DNA of 42,508 nucleotides from Deltaproteobacteria bacterium (GTDB lineage Bacteria; Desulfobacterota; Desulfomonilia; UBA1062): the NCBI GenBank assembly GCA_021372395.1, contig JAJFUP010000085.1:1-42508 (forward strand). The letters are read 5' to 3'. Shown piece by piece: positions 18,005 through 26,560 of this stretch; within the stretch, counting starts at the first letter, position 1; the number at the start of each line of letters is the position of its first letter. A model generated the notes under the pieces. The model did not search any database and had not been told where the DNA came from. It saw only the letters and a program-made list of their open reading frames with translations. A program made the position numbers and the translations under genes.

Positions 18005-18643
18005 ATGTCGGAGAACAATCCTATGAAGGCCCGGATAAGCGGCATAGTCCTTGCCGCAGGCCATGCCAGCCGCATAGGCATGACTAAGCAATTGCTCGAG
18101 TTTCGTCAGACCACACTCCTGGGCCAGGTGGTCACGAACGCCAGGAGATCCCTGCTGGATGAGATTATCGTGGTGCTGGGCCATGATGCTGCTGTCATCC
18201 AGCGCCGGATTGATTTCGAGGGTGTCCGGGTGGTGGTGAACAGGGACTATCTACAGGGGCAGAGCACCTCTCTGAAGACAGGCCTGAGTCATGTATCCTC
18301 ACGATCCAATGCAGCGATGTTTCTGCTGGGTGACCAGCCTCTGGTAGATGAGAGCTTCATCGACACGCTGATCAGGGCCTTCGAAGAATCTTCACAGCCT
18401 CTGGTCATGCCGGTTTTCGGAGGCAGGCGGGGCAATCCGGTGATCATCGGACGGGATCTGTTCGGAGAGCTCGCAGCCGGTGTCCAGGGTGATGTCGGGG
18501 CCCGGGTTTTATTCAAGCGCCACGTGGACAGTACCCATGAGGTGGAGGTGGACAGCCGCTGTATCCATGTGGACGTGGATACCCTTGAAGACTATCGCAA
18601 CCTGCTGGCCATGGATCAGGGTCATGGGAAGCCATTAAGATAA
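18005..18643 (+). CDS. mocA: Molybdenum cofactor cytidylyltransferase-like NTP transferase (MocA-like)
   Basis: GIVLAAGHASRIG, LLGDQPLV, GGRRGNPV and GDVGARVL match the MocA / NTP_transf_3 pattern. The start is taken as the third in-frame ATG (18005), after GAGGAAGGG. Confidence 0.75.
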   Translation: MSENNPMKARISGIVLAAGHASRIGMTKQLLEFRQTTLLGQVVTNARRSLLDEIIVVLGHDAAVIQRRIDFEGVRVVVNRDYLQGQSTSLKTGLSHVSSRSNAAMFLLGDQPLVDESFIDTLIRAFEESSQPLVMPVFGGRRGNPVIIGRDLFGELAAGVQGDVGARVLFKRHVDSTHEVEVDSRCIHVDVDTLEDYRNLLAMDQGHGKPLR

Positions 18644-18669
18644 ATCCTGAGAAGAAAGGTACCTACAAG

Positions 18670-19443
18670 ATGATGACAGAAACTCGGCAGGATATCATAG
18701 AAGCATCAAAAGAGCGTTTTCGTGAGATTGTCAGGGATAACAGCTTACAGAGCAGTTCAGTTACGATCCAGACAAAGATTCTTACGCCCGAACAGGCGAT
18801 CGGCAACCCCAGCAGGCGAGACTACCCCATTATCGAGGGTAAGGAACGCGTGGTCGAGGCGCATTTTCTCGGTTCGCGGGGTCATGCCTTTACCGACATA
18901 CCCATGAACTTTGTGGGGTTTCTGGAGGACGTGCTGGATCTTCCGACCGATTCGAATCAGAACCGGGCGATCTACCTGGCAACCCTCAATGCGGTCCTCA
19001 GGCACCTCGATCTGATTCACGGCACGGTCCACTGCAAGAATGATGACCCGGAGAGGTGCGCTCTGCATATCGTCGGGCATATCCGGGACACGTGGGGGAA
19101 CGTGGTTATCGGGCTGATCGGGTTGAATCCGGCCTTAGCCGAGATACTGGTGAAGAACTTCGGAAGTGATAAGGTGCATATAACCGATCTTGACCGCAGG
19201 AATATTGGCACGAAGAAGTATGGCGTGACGGTCCGGGATGGACGCACCCGTACCGAAGAGCTCATCAGAGAATCCGATGTGGTGCTTGCAACCGGGACTA
19301 CTTTGGGGAACGGATCCTTCGATACGATCTGGGATCTTTTACAGCAGTACCAAAAGCCCCACCTGTTCTACGGCGTGACCATTGCCGGGATAAGCAGACT
19401 CATGGAGATTGAGCGGATCTGTCCGCACGGAACTGATGGCTGA
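18670..19443 (+). CDS. DUF364-like Rossmann-domain protein (putative heavy-metal chelation family), paralogue 1
   Basis: The C-terminal half reads VIGLIGLNPALAEILVKNF...VHITDLD...SDVVLATGTTLGNGSFDTI. This parallels the DUF364 core of ORF 25765-26511. The N-terminal half is divergent. Confidence 0.55.
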   Translation: MMTETRQDIIEASKERFREIVRDNSLQSSSVTIQTKILTPEQAIGNPSRRDYPIIEGKERVVEAHFLGSRGHAFTDIPMNFVGFLEDVLDLPTDSNQNRAIYLATLNAVLRHLDLIHGTVHCKNDDPERCALHIVGHIRDTWGNVVIGLIGLNPALAEILVKNFGSDKVHITDLDRRNIGTKKYGVTVRDGRTRTEELIRESDVVLATGTTLGNGSFDTIWDLLQQYQKPHLFYGVTIAGISRLMEIERICPHGTDG

Positions 19444-19486
19444 TTGTCTCTTCCGGCAGAGGTGTGCAGAGCGAAAGGATGACAAC

Positions 19487-20506
19487 ATGAAAGAGATCAA
19501 CGTGGAGGATGCAGTAGGAACCGTCCTGGCCCATGATATGACCCGAATTATCCCCGGGAAATTCAAAGGAGTGGGGTTCAAGAGAGGGCATGTCATCACG
19601 GAGGCGGACATTCCCGAGCTGCTGAAGATCGGGAAGAAACACCTGTACGTCATGGACATTGCTGAAGATCAACTTCATGAGGATGATGCAGCCTTGAGGA
19701 TTGCCCATGCCCTGTGCGGGGATAGCCTGAGGTGGACCGAGCCGCATGAAGGCAAGGTGACGATCATCAGTAAGATCAAAGGACTGATCAAGATTGATGT
19801 CGGGGCACTGTTGAAGATCAATTCCCTCGGAGAAATCATTGTGGCGACCCACAAGACGGGAATGCCGTGCAAGAAGGATCAGATCATCGCAGAAACAAGG
19901 ATCATTCCGTTGCTGATAGCCCGGAGCAGGATCGAGGAGTTGGAGCTAATTACCGGCGTAGACGGGCCCGTAATCCAGATCCTGCCGTATACAAAGAGGC
20001 TGGTGGGCCTCGTGGTGACCGGGTCCGAGGTGTACGAGGGACTGATCGAGGATGAGTCAGATCGGTTCATTGTTTCCAAGCTGCAGGGGTATGACTGTGA
20101 GCTCGTGCAGAAGATCGTGGTGACGGATGACCCCGGGATGATCGCCCGGGCCATAAGGCAACTGCGGGATTCTGGCTGTGAGGTGATCCTGACCACCGGT
20201 GGTCTTTCCGTGGACCCCGACGATGTGACACGCATGGGCGTTCGGGAGTCCGGTGCCGAGATCATTTCCTACGCCGGGCCTGTGCTTCCGGGGGCCATGT
20301 TCCTGAATGCCCGGCTGGGGGGTGTCCCCATTCTCGGCCTTCCGGCCTGTGTGTTCTACAATCCCCGCACCATATACGATCTCATGCTCCCACGGATACT
20401 GGCCGGGGAGCAGCCCAGCTCCGGCGATATCGCAGCCATGGGACACGGAGGCCTGTGTCTACACTGTGAGGCCTGTCACTTCCCTGCCTGTTCTTTCGGG
20501 AGATGA
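19487..20506 (+). CDS. MoeA-related molybdopterin-binding (MoCF_biosynth domain) protein with Cys-rich C-terminal tail
   Basis: VEDAVGTVLAHDMT is a MoeA-N-like opening. ILTTGGLSVDPDDVT is the MoCF signature. The tail reads CLHCEACHFPAC. The start is set at the ATG at 19487. Confidence 0.65.
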   Translation: MKEINVEDAVGTVLAHDMTRIIPGKFKGVGFKRGHVITEADIPELLKIGKKHLYVMDIAEDQLHEDDAALRIAHALCGDSLRWTEPHEGKVTIISKIKGLIKIDVGALLKINSLGEIIVATHKTGMPCKKDQIIAETRIIPLLIARSRIEELELITGVDGPVIQILPYTKRLVGLVVTGSEVYEGLIEDESDRFIVSKLQGYDCELVQKIVVTDDPGMIARAIRQLRDSGCEVILTTGGLSVDPDDVTRMGVRESGAEIISYAGPVLPGAMFLNARLGGVPILGLPACVFYNPRTIYDLMLPRILAGEQPSSGDIAAMGHGGLCLHCEACHFPACSFGR

Positions 20507-20521
20507 GAGAGGTGTTTTGAG

Positions 20522-21211
20522 GTGCAGGTTTCCTGTTTGACACCGCTGCTCATTACCCTGAAGGTCGCCGGGACGGCCACCGTGTTCTCTCTCTGCCTGG
20601 GGTGCGCGCTGGGGATCCTCTTTGCCCGAAGACAGTTTCCGGGCAAAGACATCCTCGATACGCTGATTACCCTTCCATTGGTGTTCCCTCCAACGGTCGT
20701 GGGATACTATCTCATGGTCTTGATCGGCAGGCACGGCTGGCTGGGGCAGTGGCTCTATGAAACCTTCGGTATCCGGCTGATCTTCACCTGCACGGGAGCG
20801 GTGATAGCGGCCGTGGCAGTATCCGTGCCGATAGTGTACAAATCGGCCAGGGCTTCCTTCGAAGCTGTGGAGAGGGATTTCGAGGACGCGGCCCGAACCC
20901 TGGGCAAGCCTGAAACCGGGGTGTTCCTGCGCATCACCTTGCCCCTTTCCTGGCGGGGCATCCTTGCCGGGACCATGATAGCCTTTGCGCGCTCCATGGG
21001 AGAGTTCGGTGCTACCCTCATGGTCGCAGGCAATTTACCGGGGCGCACCCAGACGCTGTCCATGGCCATTTACGATGCCGTGCAGGCAGGAGAATCCATG
21101 AGGGCGAATATCCTGGTGCTGGTCACAACGATAGCCTGCGGGTTCATTCTTTTCAGCTCGCAGACCTTACTGAAACGTGCTCACTGGAGCGCAGGAGGAG
21201 GAATAGAATGA
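20522..21211 (+). CDS. modB: Molybdate ABC transporter permease
   Basis: It has multiple TM segments and the EAA-like loop FEDAARTLGKPETGVFLRITLPL. The start is GTG. The stop overlaps the modA ATG. Confidence 0.85.
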   Translation: MQVSCLTPLLITLKVAGTATVFSLCLGCALGILFARRQFPGKDILDTLITLPLVFPPTVVGYYLMVLIGRHGWLGQWLYETFGIRLIFTCTGAVIAAVAVSVPIVYKSARASFEAVERDFEDAARTLGKPETGVFLRITLPLSWRGILAGTMIAFARSMGEFGATLMVAGNLPGRTQTLSMAIYDAVQAGESMRANILVLVTTIACGFILFSSQTLLKRAHWSAGGGIE

Positions 21212-21993
21212 AGAGAATCATGGGAATCAGAAGAATAGTTGTCGTGTTATGTGTTGTATGCATGGGTATACTCCCCGGTGCCAGGGCCTGGGGAGAGGAC
21301 CTCATCGTTTCCGCCGGTGCGGGTATGGCCAAAGCCATGACCGCCGTGGGCCAGGCTTACGAGAAGAACCACCCTGGTGTTAAGGTGATCTTTAATTTTG
21401 CCGCAAGCGGAACCCTGTTGCAGCAGATGGTTCAGGGGGCGCCGGTGGACGTATTCGCTTCCGCTGATCAGATTACCATGGACAAGGCCGCCGGACAGGG
21501 GCTGATTCTCAAGGGATCGCGTACAGACTTTGCGCGCAATGCGCTCGTGCTTGCAGTTCCTGCCGGCTCACCCCTCGGGCTGCGTGGCGTCCGTGATCTT
21601 ACCCGGAAAGAGGTGAAAACCATTGCCATTGGAAACCCCGAGGTGGTTCCGGCAGGACGCTATGCACGTCAGTCGTTTGTCGCTGAAGGTCTCTGGGACA
21701 AGCTTTTGGATAAGTTTGTGTACGCGAATACCGTGAGCCAGGTGCTGGATTATCTGAAACGAGGCGAGGTTGACGCAGGGCTTATCTATGGCACGGATGC
21801 CCTGCAGGGAGACGGGAAGATACGTGTGGTGGCCGAGGTCAAAGGGCATGAGCCCATTGTTTTTCCCATTGCCGTAATCTCCTCCTCCCGCAGACAGCAG
21901 GCCGGAGATTTCATCCGGTTCGTCTGCAGCTCGGAAATGCGTGCCGTGTTCGGCTCGTACGGGTTCCTTCCCGTGAAAGGAAATGATAAATGA
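21208..21993 (+). CDS. modA: Molybdate ABC transporter periplasmic binding protein
   Basis: It has a signal peptide. NFAASGTLLQQMVQGAPVDVFASAD and GNPEVVPAGRYA are typical ModA motifs. Confidence 0.85.
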   Translation: MKRIMGIRRIVVVLCVVCMGILPGARAWGEDLIVSAGAGMAKAMTAVGQAYEKNHPGVKVIFNFAASGTLLQQMVQGAPVDVFASADQITMDKAAGQGLILKGSRTDFARNALVLAVPAGSPLGLRGVRDLTRKEVKTIAIGNPEVVPAGRYARQSFVAEGLWDKLLDKFVYANTVSQVLDYLKRGEVDAGLIYGTDALQGDGKIRVVAEVKGHEPIVFPIAVISSSRRQQAGDFIRFVCSSEMRAVFGSYGFLPVKGNDK

Positions 21994-22796
21994 AGGTCGC
22001 ACAATTTTCGGAGAGGATCGAAATCCGCGTGAGCAAAAGGTTCGGCTCGAGGGCAATAGGGTTTTCCCTCGACGTCGTCTTTGCCTCTAAGGATAAATTC
22101 ATCGTCTTGTTCGGACCATCGGGATCGGGCAAAACTCTCACCGTGAAATCCGTTGCCGGCCTGGTAACACCTGACAGGGGGCGTATTGCGGTCGGGTCAA
22201 AGGTGCTGTTCGATTCCGATGAACATGTAAACCTGAGCCCCAGAGATCGCAAGATCGGTTATGTGTTCCAGGATTATGCCCTGTTCCCCCACCTGAGCCT
22301 TCGGGAGAATATCGAGTTCGGCATGAAGAAGAGCCGGTGCAGACGGTGCGAAGAACACCGGCAGCGGGTGCATGAGATCATGGAGATGCTGGAGATAGAT
22401 GCCCTTGCCGGGCATTACCCCCATGAGATCTCCGGGGGCCAGAAACAGCGGGTGGCAATCGCACGGGCGCTGGCGAGCAACCCGAACCTGCTGATTCTTG
22501 ATGAGCCCTTTTCTGCACTCGATGTCCTTCTCAAGGAGAGGATGCGGGCTGAATTGATACAGGCTCTCGGCAGATTCGACATACCCGTGATCATGATCAC
22601 CCATGATCCAAGGGATGTGGAGATGTTCGCCCAGACTCTCGTAATCTACAAGACCGGGCGAGTAGAGGAGATCTGTCGGGAGGATGGAGCCATCAGTGGG
22701 TATCTCCAGGGTCTCATGGCGGAAACCAGGCCCCATCGCCAGGAGCGGACAGAGCCCGCCGGCACTCGAAAAGTGTGCTGCGCCGTTGCTGGCTGA
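21990..22796 (+). CDS. modC: ABC transporter ATP-binding protein (ModC-like, no C-terminal Mop/TOBE domain evident)
   Basis: Walker A is GPSGSGKT, the signature is ISGGQKQRVAIARAL, and Walker B is LLILDEPFSALD. The ATG overlaps the modA stop (ATGA). Confidence 0.8.
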   Translation: MKVAQFSERIEIRVSKRFGSRAIGFSLDVVFASKDKFIVLFGPSGSGKTLTVKSVAGLVTPDRGRIAVGSKVLFDSDEHVNLSPRDRKIGYVFQDYALFPHLSLRENIEFGMKKSRCRRCEEHRQRVHEIMEMLEIDALAGHYPHEISGGQKQRVAIARALASNPNLLILDEPFSALDVLLKERMRAELIQALGRFDIPVIMITHDPRDVEMFAQTLVIYKTGRVEEICREDGAISGYLQGLMAETRPHRQERTEPAGTRKVCCAVAG

Positions 22797-22928
22797 CCCC
22801 CGGGTATCGCAGGCAAGGGGCCTGTGAGCGCAACGGATCGTCGGTGAGGCCCCGAGGCAGGGAAGCGAACGCAGCGGATTTTATGCATCAGACACCCCGA
22901 GCAAGGGGTGGAGACAGGAGAGATCGCC

Positions 22929-23936
22929 ATGAAATTTCAAGACAATATGTATGGCAAGGCCCTTGAATGGGTAAAAGAGGGACGGGAGGTGGCGCTCGCC
23001 ACCGTGATATCCACATGGGGGTCCTCACCGAGGCCAGTGGGGAGCCAGCTTGTCATCGACGGGCAGGGGAACTTCGAAGGATCCGTGTCCGGGGGCTGCA
23101 TCGAGGGCGCTGTTATCACCGAGGCCCGGGAGGTGATGAGGGATGGGAAGCCTCGGCGGCTCGTCTTCGGAGTCAGCCAGGATAAGGCCTGGGAGGTTGG
23201 GCTCACCTGCGGGGGAGAGATCGAGATCTTTGTGGAGAAGGCCCCATCGAGGCAGATGCTGGAGGACCTGGCATCCCTGGAGATGGCGAACCGGGGTGTT
23301 TGTCTTGCAACAGATCTTGAAACCGGAGAAAAGACGCTGATCCCGCTGGATGAAGGCACGGGCGTCCTTACGCTTCCTGAAGGGTTCAGAGAGGCTGCGG
23401 GGAAGAACAGGGAAACGGACAGGAATTTCAGCCTTGACAAGGAGGGACACAGGTATTTTTTCCACGGAGTGCACCCGGCACCTGAGCTGATCATCTTCGG
23501 AGCAGTGCACATAGCGCAACCGCTGGCACATATTGCCCGGTTTGCCGGCTATGATGTCGTGGTTGTCGACCCACGGGAAGCCTTTGCGAACAAAGGCCGG
23601 TTCCCGGACGTTCCCTTGATCGTCGAGTGGCCGGACGTGGCACTCAAGGGCCGGCTGCACACAAAGACGGCACTTGTCACGATGACGCACGATCCCAAGC
23701 TGGATGACCCGGCGCTGGTGGAGGGGCTGAAGTCCGATGCGTTCTACATCGGTGCCCTGGGGAGCAGGAAGACGCATGCGGCAAGACTGGAGCGCCTTTG
23801 CGCGGCTGGGTTTCCCCCGGAAAGCCTTGCGAGGATCCACGGTCCTGTGGGGCTGTCCATCGGGGCTCTCAGCCAGGAGGAGATTGCCATAGCCATCATG
23901 GCGCAGATCACGCAAAGAAGACGTCTTGGAGGCTGA
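22929..23936 (+). CDS. xdhC: XdhC/CoxI-family molybdenum hydroxylase accessory protein
   Basis: ALATVISTWGSSPRPVGSQLVIDGQG..GSVSGGCIE is the XdhC_CoxI N-domain. The Rossmann C-domain reads LIIFGAVHIAQPLAHIA...YIGALGSRKTH. Confidence 0.85.
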   Translation: MKFQDNMYGKALEWVKEGREVALATVISTWGSSPRPVGSQLVIDGQGNFEGSVSGGCIEGAVITEAREVMRDGKPRRLVFGVSQDKAWEVGLTCGGEIEIFVEKAPSRQMLEDLASLEMANRGVCLATDLETGEKTLIPLDEGTGVLTLPEGFREAAGKNRETDRNFSLDKEGHRYFFHGVHPAPELIIFGAVHIAQPLAHIARFAGYDVVVVDPREAFANKGRFPDVPLIVEWPDVALKGRLHTKTALVTMTHDPKLDDPALVEGLKSDAFYIGALGSRKTHAARLERLCAAGFPPESLARIHGPVGLSIGALSQEEIAIAIMAQITQRRRLGG

Positions 23937-24016
23937 CCCATGCGTGGTTCACTCTGGATTTCCCCGGGGGGAACGGGTAGGGGAGAGCATGGGCTCAGGC
24001 GTAAAAGGGAGATAAC

Positions 24017-25264
24017 ATGATGTTCGACGTAGAGCAGGTGGTGCAGAACTTCTCCATGTGCAGGCAGAAAGGAGCTTATGGCCCCCTTCACTACCTGGAC
24101 AGCGCCGCGATGGCCCAGGTGCCGGACAGTGTGATCGATGCCATGTCCGGTCATGACGGTGGATGGCGCGCCAATGTCAGGCGGGGCATCCACCGCCCGG
24201 CAGAAGACGCGACACAGGCCTATGAAGATGCCCGCTTGCAGGTGGCTCGGTACCTGGGGGCAAAGGATCCGGACGAGGTAATCTTTACGGCAGGTGCCAC
24301 GGCCGGCATCAACATCCTGGCCTGGAGCCTCGGTTCCAGCCTCCGGAAAGGCGATGAGATACTGCTTTCGGTTCTGGAGCACCACAGCAACATCGTGCCC
24401 TGGCAGATGCTCAGCGAGCGGACCGGGGTGCTGGTGAGGTATCTTCCGGTGGATGAGGAGGGAAGGCTGGACCTCACAGCATTGGATGCCTGCCTGAGTG
24501 AGCGCACGAAGCTCGTGGCCCTCACCCATGGGTCGAATGTGAGCGCCGCTATCACCGACGTGGCACTGATCGCGCAGCGTGCGCACGAGTGCGGCGCCAG
24601 AGTCATGCTCGACGGTGCCCAGATGGCACCGCATGGGCCCCTTGATCTTGCTGCGCTGGATGTGGATTTTTATGTCTTCTCCTCCCACAAGGTGTATGGG
24701 CCCACCGGGGCAGGAGTTCTGTGGGGCCGCAGGGGATGCCTTGAAGGGTTGCCCCCGGCCTTCGGCGGCGGCGAGATGATCATGGAGGTCAACCTGGAGA
24801 AGAGCTCATACATGGGGATACCGCACCGTTTCGAGGCCGGGACACCGCCGGTGACTCAGGCGATCGGGCTTGGGACTGCCCTGGATTGGGTCATGCGCCA
24901 GGACATCGATGGCATGCAGCGGCACCTGACAGGCCTCACCGACCGGATCATGGCCGGCCTCATTACCCTGGACAACGGGTCAAACCGCATCAGGATTCTC
25001 GGCCCGGCATTGGGCGAAGAGCGGCTGCCCCTGGTGTCGTTCACCATGGAGGGCGCCCACCCGCATGATATCTGCCAGGTCATGAGCGACCGGCATGGGG
25101 TGGCCCTGCGGGGCGGACATCACTGTGCCCAGCCGCTGCACACCTATTGGGGAATTCACGGCAGCACGCGGGCCTCTCTGGCAATGTACAACCGGCCGAG
25201 CGATGTGGATGCGTTCCTCAGCGGTGTCGAAGACTGCATGAACCTGCTCTGCCGGGCAGTCTGA
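24017..25264 (+). CDS. Class V aminotransferase, SufS/CsdA-like cysteine desulfurase
   Basis: The protein has LDSAAMAQVP, SSHKVYGPTGAGVLWG (PLP lysine), FEAGTPP and RGGHHCAQPL (active-site Cys). Confidence 0.85.
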   Translation: MMFDVEQVVQNFSMCRQKGAYGPLHYLDSAAMAQVPDSVIDAMSGHDGGWRANVRRGIHRPAEDATQAYEDARLQVARYLGAKDPDEVIFTAGATAGINILAWSLGSSLRKGDEILLSVLEHHSNIVPWQMLSERTGVLVRYLPVDEEGRLDLTALDACLSERTKLVALTHGSNVSAAITDVALIAQRAHECGARVMLDGAQMAPHGPLDLAALDVDFYVFSSHKVYGPTGAGVLWGRRGCLEGLPPAFGGGEMIMEVNLEKSSYMGIPHRFEAGTPPVTQAIGLGTALDWVMRQDIDGMQRHLTGLTDRIMAGLITLDNGSNRIRILGPALGEERLPLVSFTMEGAHPHDICQVMSDRHGVALRGGHHCAQPLHTYWGIHGSTRASLAMYNRPSDVDAFLSGVEDCMNLLCRAV

Positions 25265-25290
25265 CAGAATGGCTTGGAAGGATAGAGTGT

Positions 25291-25755
25291 ATGGACTATG
25301 CGTTGTACAATGATGCGATACAATCCTTGGCAAAAGACCATTCGTATGCAGGAACGATTGATTACCCGGATTGCGAGGCGACCCTCGACAACCCCCTGTG
25401 CGGTGATCGGGTAACTGTTCAGATCCGCCTCGATGGGAGCCGTATCGCAGATATTCGCTGCCAGGTGCGGGGATGCCTTTTGTGCAAGGCGTCATCTTCT
25501 CTCCTCGCCTCGTGTGTGCGAGGCCGGACCCTCGCCGGTCTCATCGAATTGCGGGACTGTCTTGCCAGGGCCCTGGCGGCACCCACTGAACAGGATGCGG
25601 AGTTCCTCCCTCTCCATGAGGTATTCAGGCCTGTCAGAAAACACAGAAGCCGGCATTCCTGCGTGCTGCTTCCCTATGATGGCGCTGTTCAGGCCCTGTC
25701 AGGCATGGGCCTTCAAACGGAAGATCCCGTGATCACCAAACACATTCAAGGATAA
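25291..25755 (+). CDS. SufU/IscU-like sulfur acceptor / Fe-S scaffold-like protein
   Basis: Three conserved cysteines lie in NPLCGD, RGCLLCKASSS and SRHSCVLLP. The gene is immediately downstream of the SufS-like gene. The start is set at the ATG at 25291. Confidence 0.75.
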   Translation: MDYALYNDAIQSLAKDHSYAGTIDYPDCEATLDNPLCGDRVTVQIRLDGSRIADIRCQVRGCLLCKASSSLLASCVRGRTLAGLIELRDCLARALAAPTEQDAEFLPLHEVFRPVRKHRSRHSCVLLPYDGAVQALSGMGLQTEDPVITKHIQG

Positions 25756-25764
25756 GGAGATTAT

Positions 25765-26511
25765 ATGCTGAAGAAATGTGCCGATACGCTTTTACCCGCT
25801 GCGCGAGATCTGAAGGTGCGCAGAGCCCTCGTCGGGCCCGGATTCATAGCCGTGCAGCTCGATGACGACTCTCTGGGGCTGTGCGTAAATATCATCCCCC
25901 CCGGGACGACCGGCTGTACGGTCTACCGGAAAGGGGGCTCTTTAGTCGGGTCGAGGGCGGAAGATCTCCTCGGGCTGTCCATTGAGTCGGATTTCATATC
26001 ACGGGCCCTGGCCCTGGCCACGGTGAATGCCCTGGCATCGAGGATATCCACTGCCGAGACAGGGGACGTCTTCAGTCATATCGAGATCCGGGAGGGAAGC
26101 CATGCGGTCATCGTGGGGCTCATCGAGCCGGTGGCCGACATGCTTGTCCGAAAAGGATGTAAGGTGAGCATCTTTGATGACGCCCCCAGGAGCCATCCGT
26201 CCATGGAGCCGTTGAACATGCTCCCGAAACGGTTGGAGAGCGCGGATCTCGTGGTTCTCACCGGGACCACGATTGTCAATGGCACGCTCACGGATATCCT
26301 CGCCCGGATCGGCCATGCCGGCGAGGTGATCGTAATGGGAACGAGCACCCCCATGATCCCTGAAGTCTTCTCGGGTACAGGTGTCACATACCTCGCAGGT
26401 GCCAGCATCAAGGATCCCGACAGGGCCTTCACCATCGTGATGGAAGGCAACGGCACCAGGGAACTGCATCGCAGCGGCGCATTGATGAAGGCGTTCATGG
26501 CTGTCCGCTAG
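25765..26511 (+). CDS. DUF4213/DUF364 protein (putative heavy-metal chelation family), paralogue 2
   Basis: The N-terminus reads ALVGPGFIAVQLDDDSLGLCVNI. The core reads AVIVGLIEPVADMLVRKGCKVSIFDD...ADLVVLTGTTIVNGTL...VIVMGTSTPMIPEVF...GVTYLAGASIKDPD. Confidence 0.7.
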   Translation: MLKKCADTLLPAARDLKVRRALVGPGFIAVQLDDDSLGLCVNIIPPGTTGCTVYRKGGSLVGSRAEDLLGLSIESDFISRALALATVNALASRISTAETGDVFSHIEIREGSHAVIVGLIEPVADMLVRKGCKVSIFDDAPRSHPSMEPLNMLPKRLESADLVVLTGTTIVNGTLTDILARIGHAGEVIVMGTSTPMIPEVFSGTGVTYLAGASIKDPDRAFTIVMEGNGTRELHRSGALMKAFMAVR

Positions 26512-26560
26512 GTGCTGGCGATAAACGACGGACGTTGAAGATTGTGCGGGAGAGACCCCC

